From positions 1 to 41,716 of the forward strand of contig JALNLM010000012.1 in assembly GCA_023254095.1 (NCBI GenBank): a stretch of 41,716 nucleotides of DNA, written 5' to 3'. Below, piece by piece: positions 1-9,488 of the stretch. This DNA is from Candidatus Geocrenenecus huangii. Its GTDB lineage: Archaea > Thermoproteota > Nitrososphaeria_A > Caldarchaeales > Wolframiiraptoraceae. The notes beneath the pieces were generated by a model, which was given only the letters and a program-made list of their open reading frames with translations, searched no databases and was not told where the DNA came from. A program made the translations under genes and the position numbers. Positions within the stretch are counted from its first letter, which is position 1. Each line of letters opens with the position of its first letter.

Positions 1-89
1 GAATCTCATAAAGAGAATTGAAAGAAAATGCTTTTTTTAAGCTGTTTTCCACAAATTTTTTATTCGAATCTCATAAAGAGAATTGAAAG
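1..89 (+). CRISPR. End of a CRISPR array: two identical 24-bp repeats (1-24, 66-89) and a 41-bp spacer (25-65). The array probably continues beyond the window edge.
   Basis: GAATCTCATAAAGAGAATTGAAAG occurs twice, ends in the typical archaeal ATTGAAAG, and has a spacer-length gap. A possible further spacer (90-126) and degenerate repeat (127-152) follow. Confidence 0.9.
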
Positions 90-196
90 ATAATCACATA
101 GTTCATTTCCTCTACTTTCACTCTAATATTCTAGTACACCTGAATTTTAAAGTAATATGGAGAGGCAAGCGAAAGTTATTAATTACTTAGATTTGT

Positions 197-595
197 TTAT
201 TCATTCTTCCCATCTTTTAAATTGTTGTTAGAAGTCTTACTTAGGAAGTCGTTGTCGGTTGAATCACTGCTTGCTGTCTTCTTGTTTATCTCCGCTTTGA
301 TCTCATCCAATGTCTTACCATATGTTTGAATATTAAGCATTTTCGCGAACCTTATTATATGCTCATCTTGGGATTCTTGTCTATTTTCAGAGATTTGCTC
401 CGATAGTTGAGATTCTGCCTCCTCTATTGTTCTAGATTCTTTCTCGATCTGCTCAATTAATGTTGATGAGGCTTTTTCATATTCTTTTTTTGCTTGAGCC
501 AGTGCTTTCGATAATTGGACTATCTTTTTCGGATCATAGAATATTAACAGTAGGACAATAATCCCAATGAAAAGCCATTCTATCCCTTCTATCAT
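197..595 (-). CDS. tatA: Twin-arginine translocase TatA/TatE-family subunit (paralogue 1)
   Basis: N-terminal G-x-E-W TM helix, hinge (FYDPKKI) and amphipathic helix (LSKALAQAKKEY); similar to 10171..10521. Confidence 0.8.
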   Translation of the reverse strand: MIEGIEWLFIGIIVLLLIFYDPKKIVQLSKALAQAKKEYEKASSTLIEQIEKESRTIEEAESQLSEQISENRQESQDEHIIRFAKMLNIQTYGKTLDEIKAEINKKTASSDSTDNDFLSKTSNNNLKDGKNE

Positions 596-906
596 TTCCT
601 CCTAATACTGACTTAGCATCTTAATTTATATCTTTAATATTCAATACTTTACTCCATACAAGTGTCTTCCTAAAAACCTGAAAAAATCTCACCAGATAAT
701 AGCGATACATAGAATATTAATAACGGATGGTGAAGTGAGACTGGATCAGCAATAACCTTCTTTAAAGAAATACAGTAAGGACTTCAAAGTCATGAAAGAA
801 TCTAGTCTCTGACATCTGCTGGTAGACATAATGGTTGAGGATCATGCGTAGAAACTAGTTTTAAGCTTTAGGGTTACGTTTTTTAGTAGCCAAGGATATT
901 TATAAT

Positions 907-2130
907 ATGTACTTTTTGAGGTGTAAGTATATGGGTAGGAAATTATCTCCCGAGGAGCAACCTTGGTGCATCGATAAAGTTTCCGGGAAAGTCTTAATCA
1001 ATAAAGGTGTAGAGAATGTTTGCATAGATAAGAGCACTATATGCTATATAGATGGATTCCACAGTAAACTGTACTATAGAGGATTCAGCATAGAAGAACT
1101 AGCTCAAAAAAGTACATACGAGGAGGTCGTATATCTTTTACTCTATGACAAGCTACCAACTAGAAGAGAACTAACAGATTTCAGTGGGTGGATGAGGGAA
1201 GAGAGAGATATTCCGAGAGAAGTAGATGAACTACTTTGCAGGATTCCGAGAGATGTTGAGCCGATGGAGGTGCTTAGAACCGCCGTCTCATATCTTGGAA
1301 ACCTGGACCCAGGAAGACACGATACTAGTAGAGAGGGGATGTATAGGAAAACCATAAGGTTGGTGGCTAAGATACCGACTATAATTGCTCATTGGTATAG
1401 GATAAGGAATAATCAGAGTGTCGTAGATCCTGATCCTAGATTAGCTCATGCAGAAAACTTTCTATACATGATGCATTGTGAGAAGCCTGATAGTCTATCT
1501 GCGAGAGCAATGGATGTCTCATACATATTGTTGGCTGAGCATGAGATGAATGCTTCAGCATTTACTGCCGTCGTCATAGCATCCACGTTAAGCGACTACT
1601 ATAGCGCTATAGTTGGAGCTATAGGCGCTCTTAGAGGCCCCCTCCATGGTTATGCTAACGTAGCAGCTATGAGGCAGTTTGAGGAGATCGGTAGCCCCGA
1701 TAATGTGGAGAAGTGGTATAAGGAAAACATCCTGACTGGGAAGAAGAGAGTTATGGGTGCAGGACATAGAGTTTACAAGACATACGATCCTAGAGCAAAG
1801 ATATTCAGGGATTACGCTAAACAGTTCGCTGACAAAATGGGCGGCAGAGTTAAAGAATTCTATGAGATAGCCAATAAACTTGAAGATTTAGTGATGAGAG
1901 AGCTATGCGAGGCTAGGAATATATGTACTAACTGCGACTTCTGGAGCGGAATAGTATACTATGCGATGAAGATACCCATAGATCTTTACTGTACATTGTT
2001 CGTGGCGTCTAGAACGATAGGATGGTCAGCTCACATACTAGAATACGTCGCGGACAATAGAATAATAAGACCCAGGCTCTACTACGATGGAGAAGTGGAT
2101 AGAGAATACATACCGATAGAGAACAGGTAG
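907..2130 (+). CDS. gltA: Citrate synthase / 2-methylcitrate synthase family; true start may be ATG 931
   Basis: LYYRG, EHEMNAS, GPLHG, GHRVYK..DPRA, NxDF and RIIRPR motifs. Confidence 0.9.
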   Translation: MYFLRCKYMGRKLSPEEQPWCIDKVSGKVLINKGVENVCIDKSTICYIDGFHSKLYYRGFSIEELAQKSTYEEVVYLLLYDKLPTRRELTDFSGWMREERDIPREVDELLCRIPRDVEPMEVLRTAVSYLGNLDPGRHDTSREGMYRKTIRLVAKIPTIIAHWYRIRNNQSVVDPDPRLAHAENFLYMMHCEKPDSLSARAMDVSYILLAEHEMNASAFTAVVIASTLSDYYSAIVGAIGALRGPLHGYANVAAMRQFEEIGSPDNVEKWYKENILTGKKRVMGAGHRVYKTYDPRAKIFRDYAKQFADKMGGRVKEFYEIANKLEDLVMRELCEARNICTNCDFWSGIVYYAMKIPIDLYCTLFVASRTIGWSAHILEYVADNRIIRPRLYYDGEVDREYIPIENR

Positions 2131-2152
2131 TCATCCATCTCATTATCCTGTC

Positions 2153-2165
2153 TTTTTTATTTTTT
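2153..2165 (+). terminator. Oligo-T archaeal terminator after citrate synthase
   Basis: TTTTTTATTTTTT about 25 nt after the stop codon. Confidence 0.45.
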
Positions 2166-2232
2166 GAAAACGAGGAGGCAGTGAGAATTAATTAGGAAAG
2201 TGTCCCGTACTATGGATTGGCTACCTAGTATG

Positions 2233-3552
2233 TTATCTTTCTAGAGCTTCTCTCTTCTTCTTTAAAGATACTTTAAGCGTTATGAGCTTTTCACCTGAGA
2301 AGAGCCAAGCTGAGATGGTCAAGAATACTAAAGTGAATAATCCTGTTACCGCTGTCGCGGACAGCGCTTCTAGATATTTTCCAGCGTAGACGTAATCTAT
2401 TGCTCTGAAGAAGTGGGTGTACGGGTTTAACATCATTATATGGGAAGCAGGGAAGGCTAACTCATCAATGTTTATGAAAGCGGTTAAGAAAAATGCTGGA
2501 AACATTGGGAGAAACGTTGCGGCTCCAACTAGCTGCTGGGATCCCCTAACATCTTCTGCAAGTACTCCGACTAGAATGCCTATAGACATCGTTAAAAGCA
2601 TGGCCACAAATATTGTGAGCATCAGGATGACTGCGCCCGAAGAACTCAGTGAGAGTATTGATACGGTAGGGGCATATACTCCGAAGTTTTCACCTTGGCT
2701 TGACAATTCTCCAAGGTTGCCTATCCTTGAGAATGCTAGCATTAAATATATTCCAAATCCTGCTACAAATGAAAACATGCCTATCAAGGCAATGATGGTT
2801 GAAGCAAGCATTTTGGCGAAGAGTATCTTAAGCCTGCTGATTGGAAGCGTAAGAAGTATTTCTAGGGTCTTGGCTTCTTTCTCCAATCCGATACTAGTTG
2901 CAGAGATCGTGGCGGTGAGGGCCACAACTATTAGAGCAACTAGAGGTAAACCATAAACTGTGGAAAGAATAGTGTTCACCATGATTGTTGGAGAATAGTT
3001 TAGGATATCCCCCCTGTAGAATGTGTTAGATTCTTCTTGAATTGGATTGCTTAGGAAATCCAAGTCGACTCCTCTCTCCTCAGCCAGTTTTCTAGATATT
3101 GATTGATAGGCATTCGAGAGGATTCCGGAAATCTTGCTGACGCTGACTAAACTACTTATTTTCACAGTCTTCACATTATAATAGACATACACTTTGGACT
3201 TCTCGCCTTCCGAGATCCTCTCTGTAAAATCTTTAGGAATCTCGAGATAAGCTACCACCCCTTTATCGAATAGTTCATCTAGGCTTCTGAATCCTTCATC
3301 CGATATAATTTCGACCTTGTTCTCTTTAATCTTGTCTACTAAGAGTTTGCTGTATGTTCCTTTATCTAGGTCGTTTACGGCTAAAGTTATCGTTTCGATG
3401 TCTCCCGTCCTAGTTGTTTCAATCATTGTGAACGAGAGTATCCCACCGATAGTCGGGAATAAGAGTAGGGGCATTAATATTACTCCAACAAGGATCGTCT
3501 TCTCCATCAGTAGTTCTTTTAGCTCTTTATGTATCAGTGCTCTTAAACTCAT
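2233..3552 (-). CDS. ABC-2 type (NatB-like) exporter permease
   Basis: N-terminal TM, extracytoplasmic loop, EKEAKTLEILLTLP motif, multiple C-terminal TMs; overlaps the ATPase gene. Confidence 0.85.
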   Translation of the reverse strand: MSLRALIHKELKELLMEKTILVGVILMPLLLFPTIGGILSFTMIETTRTGDIETITLAVNDLDKGTYSKLLVDKIKENKVEIISDEGFRSLDELFDKGVVAYLEIPKDFTERISEGEKSKVYVYYNVKTVKISSLVSVSKISGILSNAYQSISRKLAEERGVDLDFLSNPIQEESNTFYRGDILNYSPTIMVNTILSTVYGLPLVALIVVALTATISATSIGLEKEAKTLEILLTLPISRLKILFAKMLASTIIALIGMFSFVAGFGIYLMLAFSRIGNLGELSSQGENFGVYAPTVSILSLSSSGAVILMLTIFVAMLLTMSIGILVGVLAEDVRGSQQLVGAATFLPMFPAFFLTAFINIDELAFPASHIMMLNPYTHFFRAIDYVYAGKYLEALSATAVTGLFTLVFLTISAWLFSGEKLITLKVSLKKKREALER

Positions 3553-4274
3553 CTTCTCACAGCCTTAATGAATACTTCTTCAAGATTTTCAGCCTCATAC
3601 TCCTTTTTTATCTGCTCAGGCTCCCCCTCAACAATTATTGATCCATTCTTCATTAACGCTATTCTATCACATAGATATTCTACTTCAAGCATATTATGGC
3701 TTGAGACGATACATGAAGCATTCATTTGCTTAACATATTCTTTTATCAACTTTCTGACATATACGGCGTGTTCAACGTCTAGGCCGCTTGTAGGTTCATC
3801 GAGTATCAAAACCTTAGATTTACCCATTAGAGTTCGAGCTAGCATTACCCTCCTCCTCATCCCTTTACTATAAGACCCCATTGGAGCATCTACAAGCTCT
3901 CCCAAACCACTTATCCTTACGCCATATTCTACAGCCTCTTCGAGATCTCTGTTTCTAAGCCCCTGTATCGATCCATTAATCTTCAAGAACTCCCTTCCAG
4001 TTAGATGCTTGTATACTCCTACATCTTCGGGAAGATAGGAAACTATTCTTCTTACATCACTTGTATCTTTTATGACGCTTTTCCCGAGTAAGTATACGTC
4101 GCCTTTGTCGGGTTTAAGGATCGTAGCCAAGATTCTCAGGGTAGTTGTTTTGCCTGCACCATTCGGCCCAACGATCCCGTAGACTTCCCCCTCACCTACT
4201 TTGAAGCTTAGCTCTCTCAATACATATCTTCCTCCAAACCTCTTCCATATATCTACGGCGTCGACAGCAATCAT
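3549..4274 (-). CDS. ABC exporter ATP-binding protein (NatA-like)
   Basis: Walker A GPNGAGKTT, signature YSKGM, Walker B LILDEP, H-loop SSH. Confidence 0.93.
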   Translation of the reverse strand: MIAVDAVDIWKRFGGRYVLRELSFKVGEGEVYGIVGPNGAGKTTTLRILATILKPDKGDVYLLGKSVIKDTSDVRRIVSYLPEDVGVYKHLTGREFLKINGSIQGLRNRDLEEAVEYGVRISGLGELVDAPMGSYSKGMRRRVMLARTLMGKSKVLILDEPTSGLDVEHAVYVRKLIKEYVKQMNASCIVSSHNMLEVEYLCDRIALMKNGSIIVEGEPEQIKKEYEAENLEEVFIKAVRR

Positions 4275-4445
4275 GTTTATAGCAATCTTACATTCTATAA
4301 CCCAGCTAATAAATGTTGGAGAAGAAAAGATCGAGTACGCATCGTGAGACTGGTCACAATCTTCATACGTAAAACTTTATCAATTATGGAATTGCTGTCT
4401 TGAAAGCTAACTTTTATATCATCGTCAAACTTATGAGAGGAAAGA

Positions 4446-5246
4446 ATGGAGAGTATTGGGATTATTGGGGCTGGGCAGATAGGTTCAGCTATAGCTAAGG
4501 TGATTGCAGAAACTGGTAGATATCATGTGATAGCTTCTAGGAGGAACCTATCAAAAATTAAAGAACTTGAAAACCTGGGCGTAAGACTGACCCAGAACAA
4601 TAAAGAGGTTGCCTCTAGATCAGACATAGTGGTGGTCTCTGTTAAACCTCACAAGACGATCGAGGTTTTAAGAGAGGTATCACAGTATTTGAAGAACAAG
4701 ATCGTGATCTCTGTTGCTGCAGCTATACCTATAGCAAGGATGGCCAGAGCCGTTCCCGAAGCAAAGATCGTTAGGGCTATGCCTAACATTAATGTACTGG
4801 TAAAGTCTAGTCTTACGGCATATGCTAAAGGGCCGAACCTCACCGAGGAAGATGTAGGAAAAGTACAGGAACTCTTCAAGCTGATGGGCGAATACGTCGA
4901 GGTTGAAGAAGAATTGATGGATGCAATTACCGCGTTGAGCGGTAGTGGTCCAGCCTATGTTTCTACGTTGATCGAGGCCATGGCTTACGCTGCGTTGAAG
5001 GTTGGGATACCTAGAGAGCTGGCATACTATTCTGCAGCGTATACTGTTTACGGCTCTGCTAAACTGTACTTGGAGACAGGGTTGCATCCATCGGTTATAA
5101 AGGAAATGGTTTTAACGCCAGCAGGTGTAACTATTGAGGGAATATTCTATCTTGAAGAAGGTGGAATAAGAACAGCTATAATGAGAGCGGTCGAGGCGGC
5201 GACGAAGAAAGCACAAGAAATAGCTGAAAGACTTAACAAAGACTAA
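4446..5246 (+). CDS. proC: Pyrroline-5-carboxylate reductase
   Basis: GxGxxG, VKP, RAMPN, TALSGSGPAY and TPAGVT motifs. Confidence 0.95.
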   Translation: MESIGIIGAGQIGSAIAKVIAETGRYHVIASRRNLSKIKELENLGVRLTQNNKEVASRSDIVVVSVKPHKTIEVLREVSQYLKNKIVISVAAAIPIARMARAVPEAKIVRAMPNINVLVKSSLTAYAKGPNLTEEDVGKVQELFKLMGEYVEVEEELMDAITALSGSGPAYVSTLIEAMAYAALKVGIPRELAYYSAAYTVYGSAKLYLETGLHPSVIKEMVLTPAGVTIEGIFYLEEGGIRTAIMRAVEAATKKAQEIAERLNKD

Positions 5247-5321
5247 CAAATCACAGAAACGATATTCTAGGAGGAATTATTTCTCCTACTTATAGAAGGG
5301 TTTAAGTTGGAAGTCTAGATG

Positions 5322-5834
5322 TCAGGAGGCTTTCTTCTTTTCCTTCTGTTTTCTTTTCTCTCTTCTTTCAATTCTTCTCGTCAACGTATTAGGTAGCTGT
5401 ACGTCTTTGTCATTTCTTACCGATGGGTGATGTGGGTCAACCATTATTACTTCAAACCATTTGTAGAGTCCGTCTTCAGCTATCCAGTATGCTCCAAGAG
5501 GATAGAGGTTTGGATACTTCTTGACTGCACGGTTTAATGCTTCCTCCTTCATCGTTACGTTTACTTTATGTTTGGTTACTCCAATGGTCTTCGGTCTTCT
5601 ACCTGCTCTAGCTCTAGGCTTTTGGAATCCTCCTCTCCTAACTCTTACCCTTAGCACTATGAAGCCCCGTTTATCTTTGTACCCGAGTTGGCGTGCACGG
5701 TCGAGTCTAAGCGGTTTATCAACCCTAACGACAGCAGGCTGCCTTCTCCACTTAATCAACCTCTCCTTCATTAAGGCTTTGAGTTCTTCGGGCTTCTCCC
5801 TCCAAAGCTCGTTAAGCTTACTGTAGAACGACAT
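5322..5834 (-). CDS. rpl15e: 50S ribosomal protein L15e
   Basis: RLDRARQLGYK, RVRVRRGG, YKWFEVIMVDP. Confidence 0.95.
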   Translation of the reverse strand: MSFYSKLNELWREKPEELKALMKERLIKWRRQPAVVRVDKPLRLDRARQLGYKDKRGFIVLRVRVRRGGFQKPRARAGRRPKTIGVTKHKVNVTMKEEALNRAVKKYPNLYPLGAYWIAEDGLYKWFEVIMVDPHHPSVRNDKDVQLPNTLTRRIERREKRKQKEKKKAS

Positions 5835-6071
5835 ACTCCGTTATCTCCTTAACAAAAGGTCTCGAACTCTCTATTTAACTATAGTATGTCTCCTAAGAGA
5901 TTTAGACTCTGAGATTGAGGGTTGGCCTAAACACATGTCCATCCTAGGAGCATGTAAGACTCAAGTAAAAAATTGCCTACACCGGTTACTTTTCTATTTA
6001 TTAAACCTTGGCGGTCTCAAGCATGAAGTAAGGAGAGAAAGCCTGTTAAGTAGTGAGGTGTATCTTCCATT

Positions 6072-7100
6072 TTAGAAAAATCTAAAAGTTTTCCCAGGGA
6101 TGTATCTTCCTCTGATCGGTATCTTGCATCCACATCTTGGACACCCGTCATCATCAAGTTTAAAGTATGTTACTCTATAGTTTTTTCTAGAGATTACTAT
6201 CTTACCGCATCTTGGGCATCTGGTATCTTCTAGACCTTCTATCCCTACATTTCCCACATATACGTAGTTTAAACCATTCTTCTCAGCTTTTTCTTTTATT
6301 GCAAGCAGAGTGGATAAAGATGTAGGGTGGTTTCTCCATACATTTGCTGGATAGTACCTATTTACGTGGAGTGGAGTGTCAGGCGTAAGCTCATCTAGAT
6401 ACTTATCGAGTATCCAGTCCACGCATTCCTCGAAATCATTATAACCTGTAACGACTAGGTATACCATCTCTACATGCCCTCCTAGATCGATTATCCTCCG
6501 AGCATTACGGAAAACTACGCTGTGGTCTACTGATGCTATGGCCTTCTTAGCGGTGGGGCAGCCCTTAATGTCTATGCTGAAGCCGTCTGCACCATGCTCG
6601 ATCAATTCTTGGATTGCCCGAAGTGTAAAGTATCCGTTTGTAACGATTGTTCCATATAGGTTAAATTTTCTTCCCAGTTCGAATAAGTCTAGCAAGTAGT
6701 CGAAGAGTGTTGTCGGCTCATTGAAGCTTGCACATAATCCCTCATCTTTGTTTCTGAGAGCCTTCTCCACAAGTTCTCTAGGCCGTATTATCCTAGAAGT
6801 TCTCGGAAGATCTGAGAAGCTTAAATGATTATTCTGGCACCACGGGCAGTAGAATGTACAGCCGTATCCTGAGAATGTTAAAGATGTACTATTTGGCCAG
6901 TAATGGAAGAATGGTTTAATCTCTATAGGTCTACTCTCGACAGCGCTGATTATGCCGTAGCCTTCATGTAATAATCTCCCATCAACATTTACATAATTCT
7001 TACAGACTCCTCTAGCACCTTTAGCTAACCTACATCTTCTCTCACATACTTGACACTCGATTAAGTCGTCGAGCTTAACCCAGAGCTTCCCAACCTTCAA
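6072..7100 (-). CDS. Radical SAM enzyme, AmmeMemoRadiSam/PFL-activase-like family
   Basis: N-terminal CxxCxxxC, PIEIKPFFH, CTFYCPWCQN, FNEP, C-terminal CPRCG twice. Confidence 0.88.
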   Translation of the reverse strand: MKVGKLWVKLDDLIECQVCERRCRLAKGARGVCKNYVNVDGRLLHEGYGIISAVESRPIEIKPFFHYWPNSTSLTFSGYGCTFYCPWCQNNHLSFSDLPRTSRIIRPRELVEKALRNKDEGLCASFNEPTTLFDYLLDLFELGRKFNLYGTIVTNGYFTLRAIQELIEHGADGFSIDIKGCPTAKKAIASVDHSVVFRNARRIIDLGGHVEMVYLVVTGYNDFEECVDWILDKYLDELTPDTPLHVNRYYPANVWRNHPTSLSTLLAIKEKAEKNGLNYVYVGNVGIEGLEDTRCPRCGKIVISRKNYRVTYFKLDDDGCPRCGCKIPIRGRYIPGKTFRFF

Positions 7101-7189
7101 CTCCTATCCGCATAATTCGTAAGACCAATATATTTTAATTCTATAGGGTTTTCTTGACTTTGGTTACTTAATGTTAATACTGAGGATGT

Positions 7190-7645
7190 ATGATGTTTAT
7201 GCTGGATATGCGTATTGATAAGATGCTTCTACAGGTGCTCTGTCATGCTACTGAAGATGAAGAGAAAGTTATGAAAGCTGTAGAGAACGTTGTTAGGTTC
7301 GATAGGATGAGTAAGATGAAGATCGTTACCCAGGTCTTGAAAGGTTACTATGGTGACCCCCTAGCAATGATCAGGTTCGAAGTATTGGATCCAGATACTT
7401 CTCTAGAGATAGTTAAAGACATATTCTCTAGGCTTTCAGAATATGAGAGGCATGATTTAATCGAGAACTGTATTGAGGGGGGAAGGCATGGAGGGAAACT
7501 CTACATCCGGCTAGATAAGCAGGCAGCCTACAATGGGGTTTTGAGGCTCTCTGATAAGGATCCTATAAGAATAGAGGTAGCGGTAAGAGGAGAGGTCAAC
7601 AAGCTGGTGAACATGTTAAACATTCATAGCAAAGAAGATATATGA
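7190..7645 (+). CDS. Exosome/RNase P superoperon-associated RNA-binding protein (COG1325-like)
   Basis: HATEDEEKV, GYYGDP, LYIRLDKQAAY; directly upstream of rpp30. Confidence 0.85.
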   Translation: MMFMLDMRIDKMLLQVLCHATEDEEKVMKAVENVVRFDRMSKMKIVTQVLKGYYGDPLAMIRFEVLDPDTSLEIVKDIFSRLSEYERHDLIENCIEGGRHGGKLYIRLDKQAAYNGVLRLSDKDPIRIEVAVRGEVNKLVNMLNIHSKEDI

Positions 7646-7687
7646 TGAGTAGAGTGCTATGCATGGTCCAAGATTGAGGGGGTAGGT

Positions 7688-8368
7688 TTGGGGAGAAGCT
7701 ACGTGGATTTCTGGATAAACTTGGATGAAGAAGTAGACCAGTCTGAGATGCTTTCAGAGATAAGAAAGCTCGGTTTCAGAAGAGTGGTTGTATCTTCGAT
7801 GGATAAGGCTAGGCTTGAAGAATTCAAGAAGCTTGGTGAAAGCTTCGGTGTAGAAGTTTACGGTAAGATTGTTCTAGTGCCCGAGGATAGGCCAGCCCTC
7901 CTCAAGGATTTAAGAAGTAGGAGAGGAGAATATGAGGTGGTCTCGGTTATATGTAATAATCTGGAGGTTGCTTTAACATCTGCTAGAGATAGCAGAGTTG
8001 ATACCGTAATCTTTCCTCCGGGAAAGAAGTTTAGGATCGATAAGGGTGTAGCGGCGGTAATCAAGAATTCTATCGAGCTACCTTTTAGATGGTTAGTTGA
8101 TGAAACTACTAGGAGAGAATTCATAAGATTGGCATTTGAAGTCGTCAACCATTTATTTGGGAAGACTAGCATAATCGTCTCTTCGAGTGCTTCTAGACCA
8201 TTAGAGCTGCGCAGCCCATTTGAGCTTTCTTCTCTTCTAGAGGTTTTAGGGCTGGATAGGAATGTAGCTCTAGATTCTGTGTCTACTATTCCTGGAAGAA
8301 TCATTGAGACTAATCTGTTAAAGCTTTCACCCAGCTATGTCGCGAGAGGTGTATTGAGGGTTGGTTAA
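7688..8368 (+). CDS. rnp3: RNase P protein subunit Rpp30
   Basis: ARDSRVD, IVSSSAS..ELRSP, position before Pop5. Confidence 0.8.
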   Translation: MGRSYVDFWINLDEEVDQSEMLSEIRKLGFRRVVVSSMDKARLEEFKKLGESFGVEVYGKIVLVPEDRPALLKDLRSRRGEYEVVSVICNNLEVALTSARDSRVDTVIFPPGKKFRIDKGVAAVIKNSIELPFRWLVDETTRREFIRLAFEVVNHLFGKTSIIVSSSASRPLELRSPFELSSLLEVLGLDRNVALDSVSTIPGRIIETNLLKLSPSYVARGVLRVG

Positions 8369-8669
8369 GAGAAAGAAGAGGTACATAATTGTTGAAACAT
8401 CCTCAAACATACCTCTAGATGTTTTTAGAAAGCTTGTTGAGAAAAGCTATCTAGAATTGTTTGGCGAATTCGGTTTAATCCAAGCAAACGTAAAGGTAGT
8501 CAAGAAGATCGATAGCACGTTTGTTCTAGAGTGTTCTCATGGCTCTGTCCCGAAGCTGATTTTATCGCTTTCCTCTATTACGAGGCTTGAAGAAGGCGCG
8601 ATCCGTTTTAGAGTTGTAAAGATTGCAGGGACGGTCAAGAAGGTGCGAGAAATAATTGTTGGGGAATAG
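8361..8669 (+). CDS. rnp2: RNase P protein subunit Pop5/Rpp14
   Basis: KRYII, LFGEFG, C-terminal GTVKK. Confidence 0.82.
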   Translation: MVKRKKRYIIVETSSNIPLDVFRKLVEKSYLELFGEFGLIQANVKVVKKIDSTFVLECSHGSVPKLILSLSSITRLEEGAIRFRVVKIAGTVKKVREIIVGE

Positions 8670-9297
8670 GCTTCTAGAATCATTATTCGTATGGGCTTCT
8701 TCTATGACTCTATTACTATTGTCAGGGTTTGCCGAGACTTCTGGATATCTATATTCAACAATTGTAAATGAGTCCGCTCTGGCAGCCCCATGCTTGGTTT
8801 ACCTAGCTGTGAGGAGGGATGTCTTGTCGAGCATGCTGAGGTCGTTGTGGAATATTAGAATGAGGCATTCTGTCTTGATGGCTTTAACAGTGTGGGTTCT
8901 AGGTTACTTTCTCACCTATGTGCAGGACCTCTTTATGCCGCCTCCATCATGGTATGTAGAGAAGATGAAGAGCTTGGCTCCCACGAACTATGTTGATTTC
9001 ATCTTAGCGTTATTATTAACTTGGCTTTTGGTTGCACCTGCTGAAGAATTGTTATTTAGGTGGGTTCTACTCAATCCTATGGTTGGCTCTCTAGGGGTGA
9101 GGATGGGGGCCATCTCTTCGGCGGTTATCTTTTCATTTTCACACCTAGATCCTTGGAATATCGTCTCACCATTCGTGATGGGTTTAGTCGCTGGATTAAT
9201 GGTAGCTACGAGTAGAAGCATATTGTCGGCTATATTTATTCATGGAGTTCATAACACGATATCGATATCTTTAATCTATCTTTCAAGTCTTCTTTGA
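8656..9297 (+). CDS. CPBP (CAAX/Abi) intramembrane metalloprotease
   Basis: EELLFR, FSFSH, HGVHN motifs. Confidence 0.9.
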   Translation: MLGNRLLESLFVWASSMTLLLLSGFAETSGYLYSTIVNESALAAPCLVYLAVRRDVLSSMLRSLWNIRMRHSVLMALTVWVLGYFLTYVQDLFMPPPSWYVEKMKSLAPTNYVDFILALLLTWLLVAPAEELLFRWVLLNPMVGSLGVRMGAISSAVIFSFSHLDPWNIVSPFVMGLVAGLMVATSRSILSAIFIHGVHNTISISLIYLSSLL

Positions 9298-9488
9298 GAC
9301 CGGGATAACTCATGTGGAGAATATCTTCTAAGACTCTATTTAGGATCGTGGAGTTCGAGGTCATGATCAATATCTTCTCCTCGACTGGTCTATTCTGGAG
9401 ATGAGCTGTATAGGTGAAGGGACGTGTTAATGTATCATCTCTGCTTAAATAGAATATTTATTAAATGGCTTCTGTGATGGTTTATTGA

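Noticed and set aside
5885-5965. Imperfect tandem duplication upstream of rpl15e
   Set aside because: Requires several gaps, has only two copies and no functional cue
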